Part shown: piece after piece, positions 1 to 9,333 of the stretch | How the letters are laid out: the number at the start of each line of letters is the position of its first letter | How positions within the stretch are numbered: the first letter of the stretch is position 1 | Position numbers and translations under genes: made by a program | Notes under the pieces: model-generated | Told to the model about the DNA's origin: nothing | Databases searched by the model: none | The model's input: only the letters and a program-made list of their open reading frames with translations | IMG/VR virus record: IMGVR_UViG_3300014204_000012 | Location: 1 to 64,000 of that record | Origin: a virus | Lineage: Duplodnaviria > Caudoviricetes | Strand: one strand, 5' to 3' | DNA: 64,000 nucleotides

Positions 1-2531
1 ATTACACCATCTGCCTCATTAAGCTGAATACGATCCAATGGTTCAAAGAACGATAAGTTGTTTATGTTTGTATTGTCGAAATATTTTCCACCCCAGCAAA
101 TATCCTGTATTTCAACTTCACCAAAATCAGCTATCTCAACCATTGGCCTTCCCTTAGAATAAGACCTTAACCCGGAGGGTATATCAATAACAAAGTCCTC
201 AACGTACCTGTATTCGTCTGTCTTCGACGTTGTCCCTGCCTGAAAGTGGCGATAGCAAAAGAAAGCATCACCACAATCAATATACGGATTATCGGGAACT
301 TCCATTATGCCATTGGTCACATCATATCCCCAGTAATCTTCAAAATACACGGTTTCCGTCAATATGCTCTTTGGCCTATGTATTGACACCGTTATTCCCT
401 CGAAGTCTGCCGATGTATAGGTTCCACACGGTATCAACAAATAAAATCCACTGTACGTATCACTCCCATCTTCAACGGAATTTAACGTGCCAACAATTTG
501 TATCGAATCGGTCTTCCATACTCCGCTTGAAAGATATTCCTTAATTAAGATATCCCCGTCTGCAAAATCATATCCCATGTTATTAGGCATTTTAATTGCA
601 AACATTTTCCTGTTATCTTCTTCGTAGTCATATATTGTCTCCGAATCAGCAACAAACGGGAACACCGATAAGTAGTTTATAGATTCAGACACCAGAAACC
701 GATAAGACACCGCCCACGTTGGTGCCACTGTCTTTGAAATATCAAATTTCAACCTTACCCGTTTGTTTACATCGGTGATAGTCCTTTCACTGTTAAACGG
801 AATATAAATTCTCTTTTTAAATAAAGCACCGGAAGTCCTACCCTTTAAATCCAGAAACTCCAAAGCCACATTATACCATGAACCCATCTTGAATGTAACA
901 TTCGATTCAAGATTCTTCGTAATAGACATTACCTCTGCGGTAAATCGATTCATCCGGTTGAATGATATGTTATAACTTGAAAAGTGTCCAGATGGAATAT
1001 TTATCAAAGTATAATACACCGAAGGGAACGATGGTTCTGCAATGCTATTTTTGCCACTTGCTGAATAACAGTTGTAAAAGTCAATATCAAATTTATCACC
1101 CGATGAAGATGAGTTACATGAAACATTAACCCCGTTGTTCCCATTATTCACATTGAACAAAGTGGAATGTATCAAACTATTCAAATGAATAACAAACAAT
1201 GCCGCTATCTCCGCCGCAGTTTCCCCCGTTGATATAATGGAATGAGTATAAGAAAATTCAAACTCTGCCTGTTTCGCCCACGTACTCGCAGACAGCGGAT
1301 AACTGGGATCACCCGAAGCTGGCATAATAGGCGACGCATACCATTGATTGTATCCGAATACAAACGAAATGGTTATTACATCGTCAACATCTAATCCACT
1401 TGTGTTTCCGTCTGCTACCGTAGCAGGTATTTGTATTTCCATGCGAAGGTTATTGGCAACCACGGACACCGTGGGAGCCGGTAACGATGAACTCTCTACT
1501 CCGGTTTCGATTGTCTGGTAATCCACACTTAAATCGAAATCACAATCCGTAGGGACTTCATAACTCTTCTTTAAACCAGCAAAGACAGCCCTATTCTGAA
1601 CTATCCTTACATCCTTCGCTAATAATGGCACATCACTGTAAAAAGTCAATGCCTGTTTGTCAGTTATGTATTTTCTGACAACATCATTGTAGAAATTCAC
1701 AACTACACTGGAATTGGGTTCCTCCTTATCAAAGTCCTCAATTATGAACCACGATCCTGTATTCCCCTCCTTTGCCAACACACGAACTCGTTTGACTTCG
1801 CTGTTACCACTGTCTACATTTATCGAAACGTAATTACCATAAAAATTATCAACATAGATTTTATCCGATCCAATAAACATCGAAGGTGATATTGCCAACC
1901 GAGAGTGTGGTGACAACGTGGAAATCTCATTGTCTTTGTAAATATACTGATAGGCAAATTGGAATGACTTTCCAATTAGTTTGTTAACCTTATAGGCGGA
2001 ATCACTCAGTATCGAAATCACCGGGGCTTCCAATGGAGGTGATACCGCTAACGAAAGTGTCTCACTATCCAACACTGAATACGTCTCTTTCCAATCAGTA
2101 CTTGTGGATATTGCCCGTGTCATGTTTAATTTACCCGGTGCATTGCGATAATCTGTCCACACCAGAATATCACCAACAATATCCGCAAACACCGGATAAT
2201 GTTGATCGAAGTTAAAAAACGTACCTGAAACCAATGTTTCAATCGTATCGGTGTCTTTATAATATCTTTTAATACTATCTACTGCATTTTGACAAAAGAA
2301 AACACCGGCATTACGTTCCTTGTCTTCAACAAACCCAACAACCCTGTCCCCGGGAGAAAGTTTGTCCTTTAACGTGGTTCCTTTTATTCCTGCATTGATA
2401 CCATCAAGTTTCCCCTGATAGGAATTTACAAACATATTCCTTCTGCTACGAACCGTACCTTTGTCCGTAGTGACTAAATAATCCTGTGTATCATAGTCCA
2501 TACCACCGTTAGGAACGATCACTGTCCTCAT
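1..2531 (-). CDS. Large tail protein, muzzle/stabilisation-like (3' end truncated by window edge, >843 aa)
   Basis: Not in ORF track (no stop in window). ATG at 2531 overlaps the upstream TGA (ATGA). Translation starts MRTVIVPNGGMDYDTQD and the frame is in register at position 3 (..LDRIQLNEADGV); I read through it by eye. Position after ring-like genes matches crAss-like muzzle. Confidence 0.65.
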   Translation of the reverse strand, partial: MRTVIVPNGGMDYDTQDYLVTTDKGTVRSRRNMFVNSYQGKLDGINAGIKGTTLKDKLSPGDRVVGFVEDKERNAGVFFCQNAVDSIKRYYKDTDTIETLVSGTFFNFDQHYPVFADIVGDILVWTDYRNAPGKLNMTRAISTSTDWKETYSVLDSETLSLAVSPPLEAPVISILSDSAYKVNKLIGKSFQFAYQYIYKDNEISTLSPHSRLAISPSMFIGSDKIYVDNFYGNYVSINVDSGNSEVKRVRVLAKEGNTGSWFIIEDFDKEEPNSSVVVNFYNDVVRKYITDKQALTFYSDVPLLAKDVRIVQNRAVFAGLKKSYEVPTDCDFDLSVDYQTIETGVESSSLPAPTVSVVANNLRMEIQIPATVADGNTSGLDVDDVITISFVFGYNQWYASPIMPASGDPSYPLSASTWAKQAEFEFSYTHSIISTGETAAEIAALFVIHLNSLIHSTLFNVNNGNNGVNVSCNSSSSGDKFDIDFYNCYSASGKNSIAEPSFPSVYYTLINIPSGHFSSYNISFNRMNRFTAEVMSITKNLESNVTFKMGSWYNVALEFLDLKGRTSGALFKKRIYIPFNSERTITDVNKRVRLKFDISKTVAPTWAVSYRFLVSESINYLSVFPFVADSETIYDYEEDNRKMFAIKMPNNMGYDFADGDILIKEYLSSGVWKTDSIQIVGTLNSVEDGSDTYSGFYLLIPCGTYTSADFEGITVSIHRPKSILTETVYFEDYWGYDVTNGIMEVPDNPYIDCGDAFFCYRHFQAGTTSKTDEYRYVEDFVIDIPSGLRSYSKGRPMVEIADFGEVEIQDICWGGKYFDNTNINNLSFFEPLDRIQLNEADGV

Positions 2532-3265
2532 AGTCTCCGGGGTGTTTGTGAACTTGTTTCAAAAATAACATCATATAACTCGTCAATAGTAGGCATATCC
2601 AGTAATTGGAACTTCTCAACCTCGTGTAGATATTCACGGTGTTTCTCTTCCCGGTAATCCCCTTTATACACGGTCGGCATCGAGGCCACCAACTTCCATT
2701 CAACGTATGCCACTAACATATTGTATGCGGTTCCCGGAACCATCGTATGGTCAAGATCACTGACTCCTGTGGTTATGTATCTCACAAGTATTTCATCCCT
2801 ATCCGAATTGGCATACAAATCCATTGCCGCCTTTTTCAGTATCACACGACGACCATCTTCATCCAACCTAAAGTAATACTCATCATTTACCGCATTAGCC
2901 CCGTAGGAGTATTGTAGAGACCGTAGAAGTTCATCGTCTTCACCAATGGTAGAATCTAACGCCTGATCCAAAGGATCTTCTAAGGGGGCTACAATGCCAT
3001 TAGCAAGGGTGAAGGTGAACATCTCTCCCGCAACCGGTATCCCTATTGAAAGGAACTCCATCATTTCATCGGGTAGGTTTACAGTTTTTATAGGTGTCAC
3101 AGGCAACCACGTTTCCACCAACGACCGACTATTAAATATTCTCCATTCCCGGTATCCACGAAGAAAGTACATCGCTGCCTCCCGCTCCCTCTTTCTGTCA
3201 AAATCCCGTACACCAGCCAACGCCTCATCTATGATCTGTCGTGCCGGGTTATATCCTTTTAGCAT
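2528..3265 (-). CDS. Head-tail connector ring/adaptor-like protein (245 aa)
   Basis: Size and position immediately upstream of the muzzle-like gene; coupled start/stop overlaps. Context-based. Confidence 0.5.
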   Translation of the reverse strand: MLKGYNPARQIIDEALAGVRDFDRKREREAAMYFLRGYREWRIFNSRSLVETWLPVTPIKTVNLPDEMMEFLSIGIPVAGEMFTFTLANGIVAPLEDPLDQALDSTIGEDDELLRSLQYSYGANAVNDEYYFRLDEDGRRVILKKAAMDLYANSDRDEILVRYITTGVSDLDHTMVPGTAYNMLVAYVEWKLVASMPTVYKGDYREEKHREYLHEVEKFQLLDMPTIDELYDVIFETSSQTPRRL

Positions 3266-3888
3266 TACTGGTTGTTATTAGTTTTGTCATTATACACTTT
3301 CCCAAACCACGTCGCCACCAACTTCACAAACGTATCGAAATCAGACTTTGGCATCGTTATGTTCTCGTTATCACCATACGATTCCCATGTTGGAACCAAC
3401 CCAAAATCAACTTCCAATATTCCACCACGTATCCCATCATTGGTATCTTCCACAATTATCCTCTTGTCCACAACTCCCTCCACGTTCCCATACCTGAAAA
3501 ACACATCTTTCGTGGCTTCTCCCACCGGTAACGAATCGAACAACGATTTTGTAGGTCTGTCAAATCTCACAAACGATGAACCACCACCACTGGGTTGAAC
3601 ATACCAAATTCCTTTATTACTGGGAAGTGGCACAATGTCCACGGGTGGATACGCATATTTTAATTTGTTCGTGTCTTTATATAACTTCTGTTTATAATAG
3701 TGCTTCACGTAGTACCCCTCAATACCTGTGTCTCCCTGTGTTTCATACACCGCATTTAACAGGTTCTCCCATGCAAACCCACACGCCAGGTCAATACGTT
3801 TCCAGTGTATCTTACCCGCATTGTCGTCTACGGACTCTGCGCCAAGTATAAATCCCCGTACAAGTTCAACTATCTTCGATTTTTCCAT
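3265..3888 (-). CDS. Ring/adaptor-like structural protein (207 aa)
   Basis: Context in connector module; 1-nt stop/start overlap with downstream gene. Confidence 0.5.
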   Translation of the reverse strand: MEKSKIVELVRGFILGAESVDDNAGKIHWKRIDLACGFAWENLLNAVYETQGDTGIEGYYVKHYYKQKLYKDTNKLKYAYPPVDIVPLPSNKGIWYVQPSGGGSSFVRFDRPTKSLFDSLPVGEATKDVFFRYGNVEGVVDKRIIVEDTNDGIRGGILEVDFGLVPTWESYGDNENITMPKSDFDTFVKLVATWFGKVYNDKTNNNQ

Positions 3889-3901
3889 TATATACTATAT
3901 T

Positions 3902-4219
3902 TTATAAAATGTATATATACTTCACGGCATTAAACAAATCATAAAATGTTTTTCTATTAAGTTTTATTAAACCACTACTTAATGTATTCTTTGTTTTATG
4001 TTCTTCTTTATATTTCTGCCACAATTCGAGTATTATTTCCCAAATCCTAATACGGTTTTCATTTAAAGGTTTAATTTTGTTTTCAGCAAGTATTGATTTT
4101 AACTCGGTTTCAATATCTGTATACCTTTCAGAAAATATTTCATACCCCCTTCCATTATTTCCACATTTTGTCATTAACATTAGGAGATAAAACTTATCAA
4201 TTTTTCTTGAAATATCCAT
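3902..4219 (-). CDS. AT-rich hypothetical protein (105 aa)
   Basis: ORF track; visibly more AT-rich than flanking structural genes. Confidence 0.55.
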   Translation of the reverse strand: MDISRKIDKFYLLMLMTKCGNNGRGYEIFSERYTDIETELKSILAENKIKPLNENRIRIWEIILELWQKYKEEHKTKNTLSSGLIKLNRKTFYDLFNAVKYIYIL

Positions 4220-4893
4220 TATCTACCTGTTTTAATAACATTATCCGCATACTGCATGGCATCACTCCTTTCAATATTCACACCAGCATCCCGTATGATC
4301 CTGTATGCTATTTCCACTTTATTTGCATCACTCCACAATAACTCCGTACCTGTATATACCGGCAAAAGGGTAACAGGATCAGTGGTGAACGTAACTACCG
4401 CCGTACCCGGTGTCGTGTAATAATGAACAGTCACAGATGTTATGGTTGCTGGATATACTATAAATGCAGTAGAATCAATCCAGCACATAATAGGATCAGA
4501 AACAGACGGATATGTAATCGGGTTCACAATTCTGTTCGCAAGTTCATCCGCATTGACTTCATCAAATCCACGTGCCACCACCGGAACGGGAATAACACTG
4601 ATAAGATATTCCATATTCAACCCAGTTAAACTCACTTGTCCCCCCGTTACCGTCTTTGTACTTGTCCGATAAAAAGGCAATAAATCGGACACCAACTTTT
4701 TGCTTACACCAACACCATTTCGTGCTATCGGGGCATCTTGTGAATACTCTTGTGGTAATCCCAGTTTTTCATAAAACAAACGCAAGCTCTGTGCGTTGAT
4801 AATTGAAGTAAATTCAGTAGCCCCAAATGCGTTACCATTTATGTCTTTATTTAAGACGAAGTTGACAATCTTTATTATATCGTGGTTTGTCAT
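4219..4893 (-). CDS. Ring/tail tubular-like structural protein (224 aa)
   Basis: Context; own -7 promoter at 4907; helical N- and C-termini around a beta-rich middle, as in adaptor rings. Confidence 0.5.
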   Translation of the reverse strand: MTNHDIIKIVNFVLNKDINGNAFGATEFTSIINAQSLRLFYEKLGLPQEYSQDAPIARNGVGVSKKLVSDLLPFYRTSTKTVTGGQVSLTGLNMEYLISVIPVPVVARGFDEVNADELANRIVNPITYPSVSDPIMCWIDSTAFIVYPATITSVTVHYYTTPGTAVVTFTTDPVTLLPVYTGTELLWSDANKVEIAYRIIRDAGVNIERSDAMQYADNVIKTGR

Positions 4894-4906
4894 ACTATTT
4901 TTTATA

Positions 4907-4914
4907 CAAAGATA
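4907..4914 (-). promoter_or_regulatory. Bacteroidota sigma -7 element TATCTTTG
   Basis: caaagata on plus strand, 13 nt upstream of ATG 4893. Confidence 0.6.
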
Positions 4915-4922
4915 CTACAAAC

Positions 4923-4943
4923 AAAAAAAGCTCCGAAGAGCTT
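4923..4943 (-). terminator. Intrinsic terminator
   Basis: Minus strand AAGCTC-TTCG-GAGCTT (cUUCGg loop) followed by T tract. Confidence 0.85.
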
Positions 4944-4965
4944 GCGACTATACACAGTAGGGTAA

Positions 4966-5445
4966 TTATACCTTCCACATGTGGGTAACAAACAGGGTTA
5001 TCATTCCCAACACCAATGCAGAATAAAGGGTAAACGAAATCCAATAATTAGCGGTCTTATTTTCCAATGCTCTTAACCTTTTTTCTCTGGAAACATGAAT
5101 TTCATCACATAAAAGATTAAACTCACTTTTATCAACTTTGTTGTTTTCCAAGTCTGTTAACCTCTTCGTTGTTCCGTCTTTTATATCCTTTATGTCGGTC
5201 TTCAAACCCTCCATACGGGTTCTCAATTCAATCAACAAATCATGGTCGTCAGCACTCTTTAGGTGAAGAACCTTTACACTCGTTGCTGCGGCATCAGCAA
5301 CCACTTTATGTGCCTCCTCGGCAGAAACCGCTATTGTCCTTGCGGCATTGGCAGCAGCATTCTCAATTACCCTGACTGCGGTCTCCGCTGCTTTATCCAG
5401 TTCGTCCTTTAACCGGATACTGTTGTCTGACTTTTTCTCTACCAT
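4966..5445 (-). CDS. Coiled-coil protein with C-terminal transmembrane helix (159 aa), possible lysis/membrane accessory
   Basis: Ala/Glu-rich helical region; hydrophobic C-terminus YWISFTLYSALVLGMITLFVTHMW. Confidence 0.55.
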   Translation of the reverse strand: MVEKKSDNSIRLKDELDKAAETAVRVIENAAANAARTIAVSAEEAHKVVADAAATSVKVLHLKSADDHDLLIELRTRMEGLKTDIKDIKDGTTKRLTDLENNKVDKSEFNLLCDEIHVSREKRLRALENKTANYWISFTLYSALVLGMITLFVTHMWKV

Positions 5446-5675
5446 GTTAAATTTGCATTTTCAATAATATTATTTGCTTCTTCTTCTGTTTTCCCATCCT
5501 GGATTAAGGCAATTATGATATTGTCCCTGTCAGGAACTCCCTTAACCACCACGATGTCACAAACATAACTTGTGTGGTCTTCCATTTGCTCTGTGCTGTG
5601 ATTAAAACAGAACTCATATCTTCTGTCACCTAAGTCAACTATTTGAGGGATGATGTCGTTACTGTATTTTTTCAT
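5439..5675 (-). CDS. Small acidic fibre-associated protein (78 aa)
   Basis: Directly downstream of the lectin-fold fibre gene; chaperone role is inferred. Confidence 0.55.
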   Translation of the reverse strand: MKKYSNDIIPQIVDLGDRRYEFCFNHSTEQMEDHTSYVCDIVVVKGVPDRDNIIIALIQDGKTEEEANNIIENANLTW

Positions 5676-5683
5676 GGTATATA

Positions 5684-6916
5684 TTATTGGATAATCAGGC
5701 GAGAACCAATATATGTAACAGGATTAGCTGCGCTATTACCCACAGTAGCACACAATACACCCGCATCAGCACTGCTACGAGCAGTACCACCACAGAGCAG
5801 AGCTCTCCAACCACCTCCCAATGCAGGAGCATAAAAATAATCGCAAAACTGAGTAGTTGAAGATCCACCTACACTTGCAGGAAGTATATCCCCGTTAGCA
5901 CCAAACAAGATAGTTTTTATCCATCCCCCTGTATCTGTCGGCAGTAATCCAACTAATCTTGCTCCTGTACTTGTACCATCTGCAAAATTTGCAGGGTTAT
6001 CAAAGATATAAGCCTCGCGCCTGTCAGCTAAATTGTTAATAGTGCATCCGTCTGTCCATTTCCAGATGTGTCCAAACACATTTTCAGTTCCTCGATAGCG
6101 AGGAACTGTAAAGGTTCTGTTCACCCCTGCACCTCCAAAGTTTGTAATTACGGCACTTACTTCCCCTGAACCATTTGCGAGACTATCTGAAGTTCCACAT
6201 ATAATAAAGGGATTTCGTCCGTTATAAGTATTCCATTCTGCATCAACAGCAGTTGTAACGCCATTTCCTAATCCCCCCTGTTTGTAACCCTGAGCGGTTA
6301 AATTCGCATTAACGGGTTTCTGAATGTTGTTTGTGGCATACTCCATGATCAAAAGATAAACCAATTCCTTGTAGGGGCTGTACCACTGCTGTTCATACCC
6401 TGCCCCATTTGCACGGGCATAAGTACGAAAGTTAGTTTCTGAAACAGAAGTAGTGGGGAGTACCCCAGCAAAAGAACAAAGTTTATTTGAAGCATCTTTG
6501 AATCCTTCATAGGAACTGTAATTCCAAATGTCAGATTTCACAAATCCTGGTAATGGAAGTAAAGAAACCTTTATTCTTTGAATAGTTCCTATTGTTTCAT
6601 AACGCCAATATAATGGAGCAGTTTTTCTCACACAAACATTCCCATCTGTTCCCGTCAAATCAGAAGCAGTTACTCCATCTGCTTTTTTACTCCAGTCTGT
6701 TGGATAGAGATAATAATTTACATTCTTTGTCCCATGAGAAATTACACATCCCTTTAGTAAATTCTGTGCAGGAAGAGTTCTATGTAGATCCATAGCCGAC
6801 TTACACCCCGCAATTCTAACCCAGTCAGGAGACGCTATTGACGAATCCCTTTCAATACCATACCACTGACTGGTTATGTTACTCATGTGGGCTTGTATCT
6901 GTGGAATTATACTCAT
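5684..6916 (-). CDS. Receptor-binding/fibre protein with C-terminal C-type-lectin (DGR-target-like) fold
   Basis: Motifs RGTENVFGHIWKWTDG and C-terminal GG.A...A.AG......N.A.N....IGSRL. Start reassigned to ATG 6916 (ATGA overlap with upstream stop). Confidence 0.65.
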   Translation of the reverse strand: MSIIPQIQAHMSNITSQWYGIERDSSIASPDWVRIAGCKSAMDLHRTLPAQNLLKGCVISHGTKNVNYYLYPTDWSKKADGVTASDLTGTDGNVCVRKTAPLYWRYETIGTIQRIKVSLLPLPGFVKSDIWNYSSYEGFKDASNKLCSFAGVLPTTSVSETNFRTYARANGAGYEQQWYSPYKELVYLLIMEYATNNIQKPVNANLTAQGYKQGGLGNGVTTAVDAEWNTYNGRNPFIICGTSDSLANGSGEVSAVITNFGGAGVNRTFTVPRYRGTENVFGHIWKWTDGCTINNLADRREAYIFDNPANFADGTSTGARLVGLLPTDTGGWIKTILFGANGDILPASVGGSSTTQFCDYFYAPALGGGWRALLCGGTARSSADAGVLCATVGNSAANPVTYIGSRLIIQ

Positions 6917-8169
6917 AGTTGCACCGTGTTTAAGCAAAATCTGAATATTCCACCAGATTTAGGAGTCGTAATGGCAGATAAGGCCTGAACAAGCATGTAA
7001 ATAGTTGTGTCGTCTGTTTCACAAATATACGTATAGAATGGTTGCGACTTGCCAAATATAGTATCACTACCAGCCAACAACGCATCCATTGGTACATCTA
7101 CATAACACATTCGTTTTGACGCATTGGCAAAATTATTCACAAAAGCCACATTGTCCCCTACAATGGATGCCGGAACATCATTGAAAAACCACAATCTCAA
7201 CGTGGTGGATGCAAATTGTGTTGCATCTGTTTCGACTTTAATTTCATTCAAATATCCACCACCACCGTTTAATCTGGCAGCACCAGCAAATGAAACCGGA
7301 ATTAATGTGGCATTTGCCGTAGTGTGTGCAATGGTTACAGCAAGATCACCAGTTCCAGAACCACCGGTTGGGGCGGTGAATGGTACCCCTGCTACATTCG
7401 CCTCGAACACAACGGTGTCACCTGAATGAGTTAGAACAACACCAACGGCAAGATAATCCGCCTTATTCCCCACTGAATCGAAGTCAATAGCCGTCTGCGC
7501 AAGTGTTCCATTAAATGTGGCTAATTTTGTTACACCAGCACAAATTATGTTTACAGTTCCTCCAGTTCCGGTAAGCGTTACGGTTTCCTTTTGTTTTACT
7601 TCTGCCGTGTAGGTGTTTATGGCATCACCAGCCGTGTAGTTTTCCGTATCCGCAGGTCTCGTTATTGACCCCGTAAGTTTAACGGTTCTAATCTGATCAA
7701 CAACCTTTGCACGACCAAGTGAATCAACCAATATCGGAGTAACTTCATTGTCTGTGTTTACGGCACTCGTATCAACATCCCTACGCACACCACACACCAC
7801 CAATCCTTTCGTGGTCGCCTCCGCATACGTATCCGTACCAAGAACCTTAACGGTATCGTCAATAAGTTCCAACGCTGTTGATCCACCCGAAGACGCTGTG
7901 TCTTCCAACCACAGTTCTATGTGTATCTTATCTGTGGATGCCAAAACAGGCAACGATATATCCAAAGTTATCACACCGGCAGCAATACTACACTTTACGT
8001 TCTGTTCCTCAAGTGAATAATACAACTGCGATTGTGTCTTATTGAATATAAAGTGTAACTGTGCGTTGGTAACTGCCGAATACGCTGCTGCCAAAGTTAT
8101 CGTTCTTCCTCCACTTGCAGGGGTGATGTCTGCCTCCGCTACGACTGTTAGTTTACTATAATTAGCCAT
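6913..8169 (-). CDS. Fibre-like structural protein (418 aa)
   Basis: Thr/Ala/Gly/Val-rich beta composition; first gene after promoter 8185. Confidence 0.55.
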   Translation of the reverse strand: MANYSKLTVVAEADITPASGGRTITLAAAYSAVTNAQLHFIFNKTQSQLYYSLEEQNVKCSIAAGVITLDISLPVLASTDKIHIELWLEDTASSGGSTALELIDDTVKVLGTDTYAEATTKGLVVCGVRRDVDTSAVNTDNEVTPILVDSLGRAKVVDQIRTVKLTGSITRPADTENYTAGDAINTYTAEVKQKETVTLTGTGGTVNIICAGVTKLATFNGTLAQTAIDFDSVGNKADYLAVGVVLTHSGDTVVFEANVAGVPFTAPTGGSGTGDLAVTIAHTTANATLIPVSFAGAARLNGGGGYLNEIKVETDATQFASTTLRLWFFNDVPASIVGDNVAFVNNFANASKRMCYVDVPMDALLAGSDTIFGKSQPFYTYICETDDTTIYMLVQALSAITTPKSGGIFRFCLNTVQL

Positions 8170-8184
8170 TTTATGTTTTTATTA

Positions 8185-8192
8185 CAAAGATA
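8185..8192 (-). promoter_or_regulatory. -7 element TATCTTTG
   Basis: caaagata, 15 nt upstream of ATG 8169. Confidence 0.6.
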
Positions 8193-8209
8193 AAACATTA
8201 TTAACTACA

Positions 8210-8237
8210 CAAAAAAAGCCCTGATTTCTCAGAGCTT
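8210..8237 (-). terminator. Intrinsic terminator
   Basis: Minus strand AAGCTCTGA-GAAA-TCAGGGCTT (one G-U pair) plus T tract. Confidence 0.85.
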
Positions 8238-8256
8238 TCAAAAATGGAAAACGTAT

Positions 8257-9297
8257 TTATTTTGAGGTGGATGGTATCTCCATTTTCAAACATAGTTTTT
8301 CCACGAGGACTTCAATGGTGTCTTTCAGGGTTGTTTCAATCTCCCGATCCTTGCACATCTTCATCAACGATGGTCTGTCAAGTTCACGGAGTTCATCACC
8401 ATTCTGGAACTCACTATATCCCAGATACGCCAATATTCTTCCCTTTATTTTCACGTTATCAATAGCCTCGTTTATCAACGCCATTTCCTTTTTGGCAATA
8501 TCGGCTGGTTTCAGTTTCAACAGCAATTCCATGTTTTCGCCCTCACCAAGATACCATGCCGTATTCTGTTTGTTAAACACGATTGCATTACTGCCAATAG
8601 CCTCCCTTATCACCGTAGCCACACGGAGTGAACCTATACTGTCAATCAGTTTCTCAAATACAGAAACATTGACAAACCTGTCGTGCGACTTTTCCCCAGC
8701 ATCAACAACACGGAACAGTTGATTGCGAACCTGATTGATACCAAGTTTATTCACGTCTTCAACACCAAATGCCGTTGCCACTGTCCGTAACAATTTAGCA
8801 TTAGTCGAAACGTGTGATCCCCTGCCGTATATCCAGAATTTCAAATCCACGTCTTTAGACATATCTGCGGCTTCCCTTGAAGCATCTGCCTCCGGATCAA
8901 CAACAACAATATCCCCACACCGCACCGCATCACTTTTGTTCATAAGGAACCACAGAAATTCAACATCTTTTTCAGTTAAGAGTTTTGATTCCCTCATGTA
9001 TTCGTGGTGATAAGAAAACACCAGTCTCCCATCTTTATCCCGACTTGGCATCTTTGGGGTGTATCTCCAATCACCGTATTCTCCACCACGGAGTTCCATA
9101 GCATACATCCTCGGCAGTTCACGGAATCCGCTTACGTTGATTACACGTGCCCCGCCCGGATAAACGACACTCACATACCCCGGCTTATTGGGGGCGAAAA
9201 ACTGGTTACGCAAATTCTCAATTTGCACACGGATTTCATTACATAGTTCTGATTTCCCCTTTTTCCAGTCTACAAATTCATTTTGATAATATAACAT
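8257..9297 (-). CDS. Conserved virion-module protein downstream of MCP operon (~346 aa)
   Basis: ORF track; start moved to ATG 9297 because the track start 9321 lies inside the terminator hairpin. Confidence 0.6.
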   Translation of the reverse strand: MLYYQNEFVDWKKGKSELCNEIRVQIENLRNQFFAPNKPGYVSVVYPGGARVINVSGFRELPRMYAMELRGGEYGDWRYTPKMPSRDKDGRLVFSYHHEYMRESKLLTEKDVEFLWFLMNKSDAVRCGDIVVVDPEADASREAADMSKDVDLKFWIYGRGSHVSTNAKLLRTVATAFGVEDVNKLGINQVRNQLFRVVDAGEKSHDRFVNVSVFEKLIDSIGSLRVATVIREAIGSNAIVFNKQNTAWYLGEGENMELLLKLKPADIAKKEMALINEAIDNVKIKGRILAYLGYSEFQNGDELRELDRPSLMKMCKDREIETTLKDTIEVLVEKLCLKMEIPSTSK

Positions 9298-9308
9298 ATT
9301 ATTTAAGT

Positions 9309-9330
9309 TAAAAGGGGGCATGTGCCCCCT
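9309..9330 (-). terminator. Hairpin terminator after MCP operon
   Basis: AGGGGGCA-TG-TGCCCCCT palindrome followed by short T run on minus strand. Confidence 0.7.
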
Positions 9331-9333
9331 GTG

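Noticed and set aside
5684-8169. Complete diversity-generating retroelement
   Set aside because: No reverse transcriptase, Avd or AAY-rich template repeat found in the window; only the VR-like signature is reported.
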